A DNA stretch of 64,000 bases from Negaprion brevirostris (GCA_030324005.1 JARDVH010000110.1:2379642-2443641); one strand, 5' to 3'; positions 49,039-62,530 are shown, counted from the first letter of the stretch. Numbers and translations are program-made. The notes: a model not told the origin generated them from the letters alone.

Positions 49039-51758
49039 CACGAAATACTAAGGTTGGTGATTACACGGGACATGTTAACAATTATGGATGAACTGAACTG
49101 AAACACGCAATTTGAATTTATGTGATGGTGGAATTATTTTTGCACTGGACATCGCCTTGAGATGCAAATAGCGTGATTACGTTCAGCTGATAGGCTATGT
49201 GTTGGTTGAGATTTGGGAATTTCTTCAGCACATTTGTTAGAGGTCCTACTCTCCACTTGCGGATGTTATCCAGCAATCGTTGATAGGGAGAACGGCGTCA
49301 AAGTGAAATGTTTAAACTTGTGCAGACAACTTGGTGTAAACTCCAGGGCAATAGTTTGGGAGCCCTGTCTTGCCACATGAGCCGATTTTCGGAAGATGGG
49401 TTCGACTGGGTCTTTGCCCGTAATCCAAAATGGAAAATTGGATCTCGTGGAAAGAAAGGAGGATTAAAAGAGTTCTACTAATCCTCTGTACAATAACTAT
49501 CCAATCAACAACTTTCTTGAACAAAATATTGGCTAGGCATCATATTATTCCGAGTGTTCGGAATGTCCGTGGCCTACGTTATCTGCCGCTTTTCCTGAAT
49601 GACACCAGCCATAAAAATTAAAGAAAAAAAAATAATTTGTTATAATGAGCCGCGAGTCCTCCAGACTTCGTTTTGGATATTGCATAATGCCAGTCTTTCC
49701 ATACGTTTTGACGGAAAAGATGGTACACCATACCGTCTCAGCGTTCGTCTAATNNNNNNNNNNNNNNNNNNNNNNNNNNNNNNNNNNNNNNNNNNNNNNN
49801 NNNNNNNNNNNNNNNNNNNNNNNNNNNNNNNNNNNNNNNNNNNNNNNNNNNNNGTATGAGGAAGTAGCTGAATGCTTTTTTAAAAAAAAAATCCCTTTTG
49901 TACATTATTTATTAAGCACTGGCTGGAGGCTGTAACTGCACGAAACAGAATTCAAAGGCTACACCGACCCACTGCCATTTACATACAGCAGGGATGGCTC
50001 AAAGTGGTAGAACAGTCAATGCCCAAGAGTAATCTAAAGGGAGTGAATTTTGGGGTGTGTCACACTGTCCCACTTCCATTAAGTACCTGCCTGAAAACCA
50101 CCTGAAAACCAACATTTTTCTCAAGAAGAATGAATATTAATCTGTAAGGTGGAAATCCTGCCCACCAGGCTGTCAATCATAGGTGGCTCCAGTCCAATAA
50201 AGGAATACCTGTTTCTCAGATGTGGGTGTCCCATATTGTTAGCAGGAAATTTGTGAACTCACTCCCGCAGATCCTGAACAAAGACAACATACTTCCATAA
50301 TTTAATTAAATCACAATTCTATTTATGGTCTAAAATGCTTGCCAATGAACGTAAAAATTCTCATAAACATGGCAGTTAGAGTTTAGTACGGAGAATTATA
50401 ACGTCTTCAAAAGGCTAGTGGGGCAGGACCTTTTTTGTTAATGCAAAATGCGGCATGTCAGCAATCCTGGCACCAGTAATTGCAAACCCCCATTTTAGAA
50501 GACGTGCCTGGTTGAACGACTGCAGCCCATATGGTGCAGATACAGCCACGGTGTTGTTGAGGGTGCGATTTCAGGATTTTGATATTGCAGCATTGAGGTA
50601 ATTGAGATATGTATCCGAGTCAGTTTGGCGAGTAATTACAGCGGAAATTTCCGGTAGCAGTGCACCTGCCATGTACCTGCTGCTCTTTCTTTCCCTCTAG
50701 ATTTCAGAGGTCGTACCTTTGGAAGGTGCTGTCTCAGGAGTCTTGGAGCGTTCCTGAGTCAATCAGCTTGAGAAAGATCATAATAACTAGTAACATTCTG
50801 CATAGTGCAGATGAGACGCGTGTGCTTTCGATTCACATGGACCAATCATGTTGGTTGCCAGAATTGATCAACTAAGTAGACAATGTAAAACTAAATTAAT
50901 CTGCCGAAACTTGAAAGTAGCAACTTAAGTTACAGTTGAGCATTTGTGCATAAGTGTTCACAAAATAGCTTCAAATATGAAATCGCTGTTAAATCAGTCC
51001 ACCATGAAATGTCCGGGTTTGAGAAAAAGCGAGTAACCTTAATTTTAAGTGGACATTAGAACGTAAACTTCAGGAGATTAATAATTGGAAGAAATAAAAT
51101 TTGGTGGCTTCAAATTAAGGGTCTAAAATTCAGGGAGGACATTATGGAACAGGAGGAAATGTAACTCGCTCGAGAGAATGGACCAATAGCAAAGGTCAGT
51201 TTTAAGTACATTCAGCGTATCTGGAGACAATAAATAATAATTTATTTTACAGAGCATGGTCTGGAACTGTAACATTTTGATTTAAAAAAAGCCAATGCTG
51301 GAATCTGCTTACTGAAGTTAACTTAAACAGCAGACGAAGCAGTAACTGTGAATTGAATTTTTGGAGCGTTATGGAGGAAGGGATTGAATGGCAATGCGAA
51401 ATTTGCGATGACTGAGTCAGTCAAGGAGTCCGTGCGTGGAGGAAGGCAGACATTCCATGGATCTAAGAAATAAACATCACATACAATCGTTAAAGTTAAA
51501 TAGGATATTTTCAGAAATAAGGTTAGACGAAATGTAATTAAGGTCAGTCCACATGTGTATAATTAGGGATCTATTTGTCAGTGGTATATTGAGGCTTGTC
51601 GCTCTCCAGGTTACATACATTTCCCCTGAAATACAAGGTCTGGAACAGACAGACTATGTAATCGCTTACCATTGTCGTACTGCCACTCTTAATGTTGTTC
51701 TTAACAACAATAAGTTTACTTGAATAATGTTCTAAACTAATCTTTGCATCACCTTCCA

Positions 51759-51925
51759 GGATCTCGATATTGCATTTTCTTCACAAGATGACACATCCTG
51801 ATCTGTGGACACAGATGCGAAATGACTGCCGACAACCTACACCGATTCTAATAACTGAAAATTTGTATTAAACAATCCAACAAACGGAAATGGAGAAATG
51901 AATGAAATAAACACAGAATTATTCA
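51759..51925 (+). other. Probable terminal exon of the + strand MS4A gene
   Basis: Acceptor catcaccttccag; phase-0 reading DLDIAFSSQDDTS*; AATAAA at ~51906. Confidence 0.45.
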
Positions 51926-52984
51926 GTAGTTGGAAACTTCATTCTCACGCAACATATATCATTGCAATTTCTGTAAAATTCCTGATTTCATATGTATTTC
52001 TTGACATCGATTTGCATCAAAGGACGTAACACAATTCTGAGGGCGTCACCTCACAAAATCGATACTCCAGGTCCAGGCCTTTAGCGGTATGGCGCCTCCA
52101 ACACCTGCCAAGCATGGTTTTCCTTGGCAACAGGTTCCCTTCCTGCTGAATTTCTTGTTTTGCCATGTTCACAAAGAGAAGTCCATGGTTGATGTCTCCC
52201 CCAATACCAAAATGTGCACATTGCTTAATGAATGAATGGATATGTAGCAAAATCAGAGAAAGGTAAATTTAATAACTGACAAAATGAACAAGTGCACTAG
52301 AGGAGACCATTCTCACCATCGATTCTTCTCTGCTAGGTCTTTGACAGATCTGTGTAATTAATCGATTCCCCATGCCGTTTACGCACAGTCCTGTAAAATG
52401 GTCCTTTCCAAGCATGGAATCAATTCACATTTTAAAGTTAAAATTCAAAATTGTTCCAGAACCATTTTAAACTCATATGTGAACGTTTTTTTCTTCTCTT
52501 TCTTTCACACTCTTTTCCCAAGTGTCTACATCTCCACTCTCAATCAATCTCCCTCCTTTCATTCTTTTCTTCTTCCCGCGACACTGTTTCTAATCACTCA
52601 AGTATTTCCAACCAATATCTCTTAGATTATTTTTCCCACCCTTCATTGGCATGTATTTTTATACGCTGTCCAATATCTACCTTCAGCTTTGCACCGGACT
52701 GTCCGCACAGCTCCTCACTGGCACCCAACCTCGTTGTTCCTGTTCATACAAACTTCCTGAATGCGTTACAATTTCAAGACAATGATTGTTGATGAAATAC
52801 ATTTGATCTCTGGTGAAGGTCACTGAACAAAATCCTTGTAAAGACAATGAAGCCCAGAATCCATCAATGGAACTGACACCACATGCTCAGCCCTCCCCAT
52901 CACTGATTCCTACCCCTTCCCGGTCTATCACCATTTAGTTTCACCGTATTCCATTTCCTTAACAAATGTTTTATCATCTCTAAA

Positions 52985-53270
52985 ATCATAGAATCACAAA
53001 ATTCCTAAAACACAGAAGGAAGCCAATCTGCCCATGAATCTGCACTGATCACGATCCCACCCAGGCCATATTACGGTAACCTGACATATTTACCCAACTG
53101 ATCTCCCTGACACTTGAGTCAATTTGACATGGCCAATCACCGACACCGGAGAACCCAACCCACACAGACACGGGGACAATGCGCAACCTTCGCACAAACA
53201 GTGACCCCAAACCAGAACTAAACCAAGTCCCTGGCGCTTTGAGGCAGCATTGCCAACCATCATATCGCCC
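52985..53270 (-). mobile_element. HE1-like SINE, degenerate
   Basis: cacacagacacggggacaatgcgcaacctt...cagtgaccccaa; tail catagaatc. Confidence 0.8.
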
Positions 53271-53449
53271 AACATCTTCAGACGGCTTGAGTTTGAGGAT
53301 GTGTTGTTTGTAATAAGCTTCTATTTCTTTCTATAATTTTCCCCCTTTAACGTGATGGCGTCTGCATTGGACATGGCAGCTTTACTTATTTTCTTTCGAT
53401 GTAGTGAATATATCATAAATATATCATAAAGTGCATCGTAAAATATTAG

Positions 53450-53670
53450 CTAGTAGAATGTAACGTCTTAAAGTATGTAGGTAGTTAATTTGTGGTGAAG
53501 TATTATGTGGCAAAATGTACAGTAGGCTATTCTGTGGTAAAGTATTCTGCAGCAAATTGTTCTTTAATGAATTATGTGGAGTATTATGTTGCAGCACCAT
53601 TCGGAAAAAAAAATGCCGTGGTTTACAATGCAGTAGAGTATTACGGAATAAAGTACTGGGTCATTTCTTT
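53450..53670. repeat. Degenerate minisatellite, inverted relative of 13040-13260
   Basis: gaagtattatgt and tattctgtggtaaagtattctg are reverse complements of the acataatacttc and cagaatac.ttacc units. Confidence 0.65.
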
Positions 53671-53764
53671 TAACTAAAAAACGAGTCAAATGCTTTCAAG
53701 GTTGAAATTAATTAACATTAATTGTGTAATCAACTATCTGCAATGAAGAAAAACGTTGTATAAT

Positions 53765-54339
53765 TTAAAAACGGTAGTTAAGAAAGCTCACTAACACCTC
53801 TACTCTCTCAGAAGACTAAGGAAAATTGGCATGCCAGCTACGACTCGCACCAACTTTTACAGATGCACCATCGAAAGCATTCTATCTGGTTGCATCATTC
53901 GGTATGGCTCCTGCTCTGCCCAAGACCGCAAGGAGCTACAGAATGTCGTGAGTGTAGCCCAATCCATCACTCAAACTCGCCTCCCATCCATTGACTCTGT
54001 CTACACTTGCTGCGGCATCGGCAAAGCAGTCAGCATAATTAAGCACACCACGCACCTTGGGCATTCTCAGTTCCACCTTCGGGAAAAAATGATGGTCAGG
54101 TCACATACCGACCGACTCGAGGGCATTTTTTCCCCTCCTGCCTTCATACTTTTGAATGGAGCCACTTGGCATTAAGTTGATCTTTCTCTACACCCTGGCT
54201 ATGACTGTAACACTATATTCTGCACTCCCACGTTTCGTTTTGTATGAACGGTAAGCTTTGCCTGTACAGCGTACAAGAAAAGAATTACTATGCAGTAAAA
54301 AAAATTCTGTGACAATAATAAATCAAATCAAATCAAATC
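53765..54339 (+). mobile_element. Rex1/Babar LINE 3' end
   Basis: NFYRCTIESILSGCI..YGSCSAQDRKELQNVV; tail aataaatcaaatcaaatcaaatc. Confidence 0.88.
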
Positions 54340-56149
54340 TAGAGCAATCCAGAACAGGTCCGGAGGAGTAGTGAAGATATACAACAACATGTCCACAAAA
54401 ATATTCAATTGATGAAAAGATCCATCCTAATCTCATTGGTTGTTTAGAGCAGGAAAATAAAGGTATTCAGATATGAGGCGTATTTGAACATAACAAAGCT
54501 TGTCACCTTCCGGATGGAACTCTATTGCTGGTTCTTCGAGGGAAGTATAATTCTGGATGCAACCCTTAGTAATGTTTGTAAGAGTAACATAAATAGGAGC
54601 AGGTATATAATCTAGTGACAATATCGCCTTCTCCAATGTTTATCAAGTTTCCATTTTGTCTTCAAACTGAGTTGCACCTTTCCGAGTTCTCCTCCTGTCC
54701 TTTTAATAATCACGCTCCCTCAATCCTTTAATAGATTGAGGGGGCATCCATAAATTTACCAAACCAGAGTCTGAGAGCAAGGCTTTGGGTAAACCTATCG
54801 TTTTAATTGCCAATCGTGCTCTTAAAATCGAATGCAAACTGGAATTAGCAATATATAAACAGTACATGATCAGTAGACAACTTAATTCTTCTATATTAAA
54901 CAGTTAGACAGGGTGTCTCGGTTATGGCAGTTCAATGGTTAATTTGTTAACTGTTTTTAACGGTTTTTGTAGACCCTGTAGTCTAAATTTATTTCTCTAA
55001 AAGAAAACTCAGGTCTCCAGTACAGCGAAAGTGAAAAAGGTTTCAACAAGACTTGGAGGGAACGATTGAAGTCAAGTCGAACCTTTGTTGAAGCGGAGGG
55101 TTGGAGGCCTTTGTTTCACTTTGCTTATTTTTATATCATTCTCGCCCTTTAGAACTGGTTGTTGCTCTGCAATGGGAAATGCGCTAGCCGTTTAGTGTGA
55201 ATCTGGTGAGTTTGTAAGCTTCACTATTTCAGTACGGATGAAAACAATGCAAACCTCAGTGGTAATTTCATATAATATGTTAAAAAAACACAATTTATAT
55301 TTAATTAAATAATTATTTTAGACATATTTAGTGTGGCAGGGCATCTGATGTGTTGAAACTGCAGCATTAGGGAACTCCATGATGATATTATGATCCAGGG
55401 CAAAGAAAAAATCTGCAGTAAATATTTCAGGCCTGATGTGCACTGGCTGTGTTATGGAGCTGTATCCTGAGCTGCAAACACTTCAGCACATCAATGGGGG
55501 AAACATTCCCCTGGATGCTTTTTTCAGTTTGTGGTCACACAGGTTAATATAGGGTTTCAGCTGTGCTCATGGTCAGGGTGTGTGACTGCAGCTAAGGACA
55601 TCATCAAGTTCCTTCCCTCACAGCCCTGTGAGTACAAAAACAGTTACTGATGCACCATGCTGGCTGCCCTACACAGAAGTGATTTGAAAATGCGTCAAAG
55701 CAATAGTTCTACGGGATTGCCATGTATGGAGAATAGATCGACGGTTCTGCCACCAAGAACAAAGCTCCAGGGTCGAATGTTGACTCTCTGGTTCTAGAAT
55801 CAAGGGTGTCTCAGGTGGGCTACAGGAATTTCTGGACGGGGTCGATGAATAGCCAATGGTCGTGGAACGCATTGGCAAAAGGCATTTTCTTTTAAATGAA
55901 TGAAGTCCCGGTAGTAGGATGTAGAGAGTCAGGCCACAAATGTGTACACAGTAAATATAGTAATCTCAGGATTACTAACAACGCCATGCGCAAGTCACAA
56001 TAGAATAGCAGGAAATATCAGATGAACATGTGCACAATGTGATGGTATGAAGGGGAAGTTTTTAGATTCCTGGGACATTTACAAAGGAAAGACCAGAAGG
56101 TAAATTTGGTTCAATTGCATGCATGGTTAAAGACAAAATCAACATAACA

Positions 56150-56720
56150 GGTAAAATGAAGATTAAGACATGACACAAAGCTGGATGGGGTATTTTCTCT
56201 GAGGATGCAGTGATCTATCAGTGTGAATTGGACAGATTCAGTGAATTAGCAACTGCATGACACATGGACGTGACACATAACGTGGACAAATGTGAGGTTA
56301 TCCATTCTTGTTGCAAAAAAAAAAATAGGAGGACGTTATTAGCTGAATAGCTACAGGCTGAGGGAGGGGAATGTGCAACGAGAACTGGGTGTCCATGTAC
56401 AATATTCGATTAAAGCAATCTTGCAGGCAAATCAGTCTGTGAAGAAGACGTGTGGCCTTCAAAGCAATAAGGTTCCAATAAAGAAGCAGGAATTCTTCTT
56501 ACATTTCTACAGCACCTTGGTAAGCCCGTAGTTGAAATATTGTGAGCATTTTGATCTGCTTTCTCTGGGGGAATGCCGGTAGGGTTTCCGAAACTGAGTC
56601 GTTTGATAGTGGCGCTGACGTATGAGGACAGGTTAATTCGGTTAGCACTATGTTCGCTGGGGTTCAGAAAAATGTGGAGACTCGCATGGAAACATATAAC
56701 GTTGCAAGTGACTCGGCAGT
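56150..56720 (+). mobile_element. Old CR1 RT fragment
   Basis: aacgtggacaaatgtgaggttatccatt (NVDKCEVIH); caccttggtaagcccgtagttgaaatattg. Confidence 0.7.
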
Positions 56721-56799
56721 GTAAATTCAGACAAAGAACAAAGAACATAAACAGCCCGGGAAACAGGCCCTTCGGCCCAACGAGCCATTTTAACATTAC

Positions 56800-56960
56800 C
56801 TGTCCCCCTTCCACCCATGACCCTTTTCTACGCTTATGGCATTCCACATTGAGGGGAAACTAATTTAGGGACAATTTATTACCTTCAATCAGCCTAATAG
56901 CACATCTTTGGGGTGTGGGAGGAAACCGGAGCACCCGGAGAAAACCCACGCAAGCACGGG
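56800..56960 (-). mobile_element. SINE fragment
   Basis: cacatctttggggtgtgggaggaaaccggagcacccggagaaaacccacgcaagcacggg. Confidence 0.8.
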
Positions 56961-57060
56961 NNNNNNNNNNNNNNNNNNNNNNNNNNNNNNNNNNNNNNNN
57001 NNNNNNNNNNNNNNNNNNNNNNNNNNNNNNNNNNNNNNNNNNNNNNNNNNNNNNNNNNNN

Positions 57061-57340
57061 CCTGTGTCCAAAGAAGAGACAAAGATTTGTGTCAGAGGCC
57101 CAGCAATTTCATCTCTTGCCTCCCTAAGCAGCCTAGGATAAATGCCATCAGGCAGCGGAGATTTATCAGTTTTAATTCTACCTAAAAGCCCTAACACTTC
57201 CTCGCTCGTAATGGATAGTTCCTTCAATTGGTCGACAGCTCCCTCGAAGACTGTACCAGACATCAAGCCCCTCTCCATCGTGAATACCGATACAATGTAT
57301 TCATTCAGGATCTCCTCCATTCTCTCGGACTCGAAGCACA
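57061..57340 (-). mobile_element. CR1 ORF2 fragment
   Basis: EILNEYIVSVFT...KTDKSPLPDGIYPRLLREARDEIAGPL. Confidence 0.9.
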
Positions 57341-57645
57341 GATACTGTAAGATGGGGAAATCCAGAACCAGGGTTCATATTCTAAAATATGGGGTTAAAG
57401 ATTTAGAACTGAAATGAGGAGAATTTTTCTTCACCCCAAGAGTCATGACAATGTGAAATTTTCCACTGCAGAAAGAACTCTCGGAGAAAATATTGGGAGA
57501 TTTCAAAATGGAGTAAGGTGCAACTTTTGGGCCTGAAGGGTTTGAAGTACATTGATGGTAAGCTGGAGCAGCTTAAATAGTTGGATAATCAGTCATCATC
57601 ATAATTAATTGCAGAGCAGGATCAAAGGGCCAAAAGGCATTTATT
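57341..57645 (+). mobile_element. CR1 3' end, old
   Basis: GKSRTRVHILK...gaaatgaggagaattttttcttcaccc; tail gagcaggatcaaagggccaaaaggc. Confidence 0.75.
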
Positions 57646-58727
57646 TGTGTGGGGTTAGTCTGAGACACTGAGAGGAAATAATTGCCCAAACAGTGGTCAG
57701 CCTCCAATTCCATTTGATTGAAATCTACCCACTATTGAGTTAACGTTCCAGCTACCAACAACACTGCACACACAACACTTCTTAATTAATCATTAAGGAC
57801 GATTTCAGGAACTCTAAGATGCACTATGAAGGTTATCTCAACCACAACTTTTTTTTTGGTTTTTAGCCTTAGCGTGAGAATAACGTTTTGAACTCCAGGT
57901 GATTCATAAACTCCTGATTCCATTGCCCCACTAGGAAGCTTTTGTCAAAACAATCCTTATTTACCAATATTGCTTAACTATAAGGAAAAGAGTCAGCCTA
58001 ACTTCTAAAATTTAAATATTTAAACACGGCAAGATTGAGCTCTTAACTGTCTATTTGTTCCAATTTAAGCAATATTCCTCATAGGGTTAAACGTTTATTC
58101 AAAATCAGTTAGTAAACAACAGGCTTAATTTCTGGTATGTGGGTCGCTAGTCCTCAAACCTCCAGACTACCGCTGGACAGAGATACTTATTTTCTTGAAA
58201 GTCCCAGAATTCAGAGTGGGAAGGAGAAGAGCTGCTGCTCCCTTCGAATCCAAGCAGAAACTGCCAATTTCATTTTCTTTCTGTAAGCTTGCCTCTGCCA
58301 TGAGCACATGACTCACTCTCGTCAATCAACACTACGTGGAAACCACAGGTGACAACTCAAAAATAGTCATTAAGTCAGCTATAAAAAGCATCCCAACAAC
58401 TACAACCGATTGCTTTTCTGCATTGTCAGCAGGAGAGCTCCTGGAGGAGACAAAGCAGCACATTTCAGCAGAGTTGAATCTTATCGTATACTTCTCAAGC
58501 AAGACAACAGTAAATACATTGCAGAAGGCACAGTATCATTGCATAATATGTCCCGTATTCCGAATCCTATTTCCAAAATCGACTATCTAAAAAACATTTC
58601 CAACATACGCATGCATATTCCACCATTCTGCCCACCTGTGACTTCTCTTCACACACCATACTGCTACCACAAAATGTCTGTTTGTGTCCTCGGATCAGTG
58701 AACCTCAGTAAAAGGTGATACGCTTTA

Positions 58728-59525
58728 ACAAAGATCAAAGAACAATACAGCACAGGAACAGGCCCTTCGGCCCTCAAGCCTGCACCGATCATATGTACCT
58801 AACTAGACCATCCGTTTGCGTGCCATCATTCCCAGCCTGCTCATGTGACTATCTAGATAAGTCTTAAATTATCCTAGCGTGCGTGCACCAACCACCTTGC
58901 TTTGTAGTGCATTCCAGGCCCCCACAACCCTCTGCGTAAAATACCTCTTCCGCATATCTGTATTGAAACTTGCCCCCTTATCTTGAACTTGTGACCCCTT
59001 ATATTTGTCATTTCCGACCTGGGAAAAATCTTCCAACGGTTCACCCTATCTATGCCCGTTATAATTTTATCAAATTCTATGAGGTCGCCCCTCAACCTCC
59101 GTCTTTCCAGGGAGAACAACCCTAGTTTAAGCAATCTCACCACATAGCTAAGACCCTCCATACCAGGCAACATCGTCGTAAACTTTTGTGCACTCTCCCC
59201 AAAGCCTCCACGTCCTTCTGGTAGTGTGGCGACCGGAACTGATGCAGTGTTCCAAATGTGGCCTCACCAACGTGCTATACAACTGCAACATCATATGCCA
59301 ACTTTTATAATCTATGCCCCGTCCAATAAAGGCAAGCATGCCATATGCCTTCTTCACCACATTTTCCATCTGTGTTGCCATCTTTAAGGGTCTGTGGACT
59401 TGCACATCCAGATCCTTCTGTGTGTCTATACTCCTGATGGTTCTGTCCTTAATTGAATAGCTCCCTCCTGCATTAGATCTACCAACATGTATCACTTCAC
59501 ATTTATCTGGATTAAATTATCTGGC
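58728..59525 (-). mobile_element. CR1 RT 3' part and tail
   Basis: KKAYGMLAFIGRGI...LVRPHLEHC; LGLFSLERRRLRGDLIE. Confidence 0.92.
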
Positions 59526-59621
59526 CTTGGAGGGAGTGCAGAGAAGGTTTACTAGGCTGATACCGGGGTTGAGGGGGTTGAGCTATGAGGAGAGGCTGAA
59601 TAAACTAGGCTTGTACTCGTT
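59526..59621 (+). mobile_element. CR1 ORF2 fragment (young), runs into a gap
   Basis: LEGVQRRFTRLIPGLRGLSYEERLNKLGLYS. Confidence 0.9.
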
Positions 59622-60057
59622 NNNNNNNNNNNNNNNNNNNNNNNNNNNNNNNNNNNNNNNNNNNNNNNNNNNNNNNNNNNNNNNNNNNNNNNNNNNNNNN
59701 NNNNNNNNNNNNNNNNNNNNNNNNNNNNNNNNNNNNNNNNNNNNNNNNNNNNNNNNNNNNNNNNNNNNNNNNNNNNNNNNNNNNNNNNNNNNNNNNNNNN
59801 NNNNNNNNNNNNNNNNNNNNNNNNNNNNNNNNNNNNNNNNNNNNNNNNNNNNNNNNNNNNNNNNNNNNNNNNNNNNNNNNNNNNNNNNNNNNNNNNNNNN
59901 NNNNNNNNNNNNNNNNNNNNNNNNNNNNNNNNNNNNNNNNNNNNNNNNNNNNNNNNNNNNNNNNNNNNNNNNNNNNNNNNNNNNNNNNNNNNNNNNNNNN
60001 NNNNNNNNNNNNNNNNNNNNNNNNNNNNNNNNNNNNNNNNNNNNNNNNNNNNNNNNN

Positions 60058-60645
60058 GTATACCCCTAACAAAGTGACTGCACTCTCCTTGTTTCTGAGT
60101 TCTCCCCACAGTGACTCGTTACATGAACCTTCCAAATTGTCCACCCCTGTACCGCTGCAATATGCTCCCTAACTAGTATTGCTACTTCCCCACCTCTTCT
60201 AGCCTCTCCTCTACCTCGCCTTAAGCACTGATACCCCGAAATATTCAGCTGCCAGTCCTGCCCTTGTTGTAACCATATCTCTGTCACTGCAACCACATCC
60301 AAGTTCCGCACATGCATTAAGGCTGTGAGTTCATCTCTCTTACCCATTGCACTCCTTGTCTTTAAGCAGATGCACTCCAGATCTCCAGGCCCACTAAGTT
60401 CATCCTCCCCGAGATTGCTCTTCCTCTTAAGTAGCCTTGTCTTGGCTCCATGCGTGTCCCCAGTCTCTCCGTTTGCTGACCTATTGTTCTGATTCCTACC
60501 CCTCTGCCACATTAGTTTAAACCCACACGAACCATACTAGCAAACCTCCCAGCCAGGGTATTGGAGCCCCTCCAGTTCAGATGTAACCCGCCTGCCTTGT
60601 ACAGGTCGCATCCTTTCTGGAAGATTTTCCAGTGATCCACGAAAG
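60058..60645 (-). mobile_element. CR1 ORF1 end / ORF2 AP endonuclease start
   Basis: LECICLKTRS...LDVVAVTEIWL...WQLNISGY...RGGEVAILVRE. Confidence 0.9.
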
Positions 60646-61649
60646 CTAATGCTACATAGACTTAGTTGCCTGTGTAGCTAGACAGTAAAATTTACTTTTT
60701 TTAATTGACACTTTAGGCCACGTAATTATGCCACATCCTTTCCAAATATTTTTTGGAACAGATATTAGGGTCACATTAAAAATGCCAAAGGCGGGATGAC
60801 GATCTGTACTCAATTTCGTTGGTTATTTGACCAAAGACAAGTTTTCCTACAGTGTGCCTCGAACTCACGACCTGGTCTGTGTGGAGCCAAGGTGGAACTA
60901 AGGAAACATTTGAATTTGCTGGACTGTATTGAGAATTGATGCGTGGTTGGGGGCGGGGGGGTGGTGGCGGTGGTGGGGGTGCGCATATGCTGAAGAGACG
61001 TGACTCTTGCTCAAGTCAATGCAGAATTTAAATGCTGCAGTATTCATGGTCACTACTAATGGATTCTACATCGGGGAACGCAGCCATCAGCCCCTGCGAG
61101 GTCTGTTGCAAAACATTCAACTTTGTTTCGATCTGTGTGTACTTCGAACTTGAAATCCCTTCAGGAGGCAATTACCCATAATGCACGCTCGAGACATAAT
61201 TCTCTCGACATCAAGAGGTGAGTGGAGAGTTGGGTTTCACACTGTGGCAATGGCGCTGATGTAGATCAGCAGCCATGAAATGCTTGAAGGTAGAAGCAGT
61301 ATTGATGGACTCAAAGCCCAAAGTGCTGTTACTGCGTCCCTGTGCATTTAAAGACTGGGATGACAATACGACGACAGCCGAACATGAAGGATAATAGGTC
61401 AGGAGCTGTATTGTCACTTTAGTAGTAATCCACAGTACGAAGGTTAGACCTGAGGACTCGAGGTTGTACTTTTCCATGATAAACTGTCTAATCATTATTG
61501 CTAAACATTTGCACATTAATGAAAGAATCACCCTGTTCAAAAACGTTTTTTTTTTGAAGTAAATACACAATGTTAACCTGGCCAAGACTACATGTGACTC
61601 CAAATCCACAGCAATGCGTTTCATTCTTAAATCTCTCTGAAGTAACTCC

Positions 61650-62530
61650 TCAGGGGATTGGAAAACTGCCAATGTGAAACATCTATTTATGAAAGAAAGG
61701 AGTAAATCAACGGGGACTAAGGGCCAATGACCGTGATATCTATTGGAAAAGTGAATTACCAATGAAGGAATAGAACATTTGGAAAACAATGCTCTAATCA
61801 AACTGAGTGAGTAGGGTTTCATGAACGGGAAATAGTGTCTGCAGAATTGGTTGAGATTTTGGAGGAAAGCTGTCATGGTATGCATGGAGCGGAATGAGTA
61901 TTTGTTTTGTACCTGGACTTCCAGAAGCCTTTCAACAAGGTACTTCCAAAATTTTTAAGTCATAACATTGTGTTGGAGATACTATGTTGACGGGTTTAGG
62001 GAATCGGTTAATGGGCACGGAAGAGTGATTGTGGATGAGTGTTTTTTTCACGTTATTTTCCTCAAACCAGTGGGGATTCACAGAACTCTGTGTTGGGACT
62101 GGGGCTCTTTAAAATGCATATTAATAACTTGGACGATTTAAGTCAATGTACCAGAGGCAACTTGGCAGATGGCACAAAACAGGTGGAAAGGCAAGTTACG
62201 AGAGGGATGCAAACAGTTCACGAAGAGATATTAATAGGGTAAGTATGTGGGCAAAAAAATGGCAAATGGATTATAGTGTTGGAAAACGTAAAGTTGCTCC
62301 GTTTGGAAGCGTGAACAAAAGAAGATAGTATTTTCAAAATGGAGAGAAGACTGCAGAAATCTGTAGGCACTGGGGATACTTGTGCACTAAACACAGAACA
62401 TTGGCAGACGCAGAAGCTAACCACATTGGCTAAAAGAATGTTATTTCAAGGGGATTAGAGTATCAGAATAGAGAGGCCTTGCTGTAACAGCGCAAGATAC
62501 TGATGAGATTACATCTGGAATATTGTGAAG
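61650..62530 (+). mobile_element. Old CR1 RT, degenerate
   Basis: gattggaaaactgccaatgtg (DWKTANV); tacctggacttccagaagcctttcaacaaggta (YLDFQK.F.KV). Confidence 0.8.

Noticed and set aside
49360-49372. 13-mer gagccctgtcttg shared with the U2-element hairpin
   Set aside because: Isolated match with no flanking similarity; plausibly chance
57649-58606. Solo LTR-like segment with internal inverted repeat aatattgcttaa...ttaagcaatatt (similar-looking DNA at ~46000-46720)
   Set aside because: TG...CA ends can be chosen, but I could not confirm a target-site duplication, PBS/PPT or second copy
61211-61885. 224-aa minus-strand ORF
   Set aside because: It is the antisense of a degenerate CR1 plus SINE remnants, with no recognisable protein motifs
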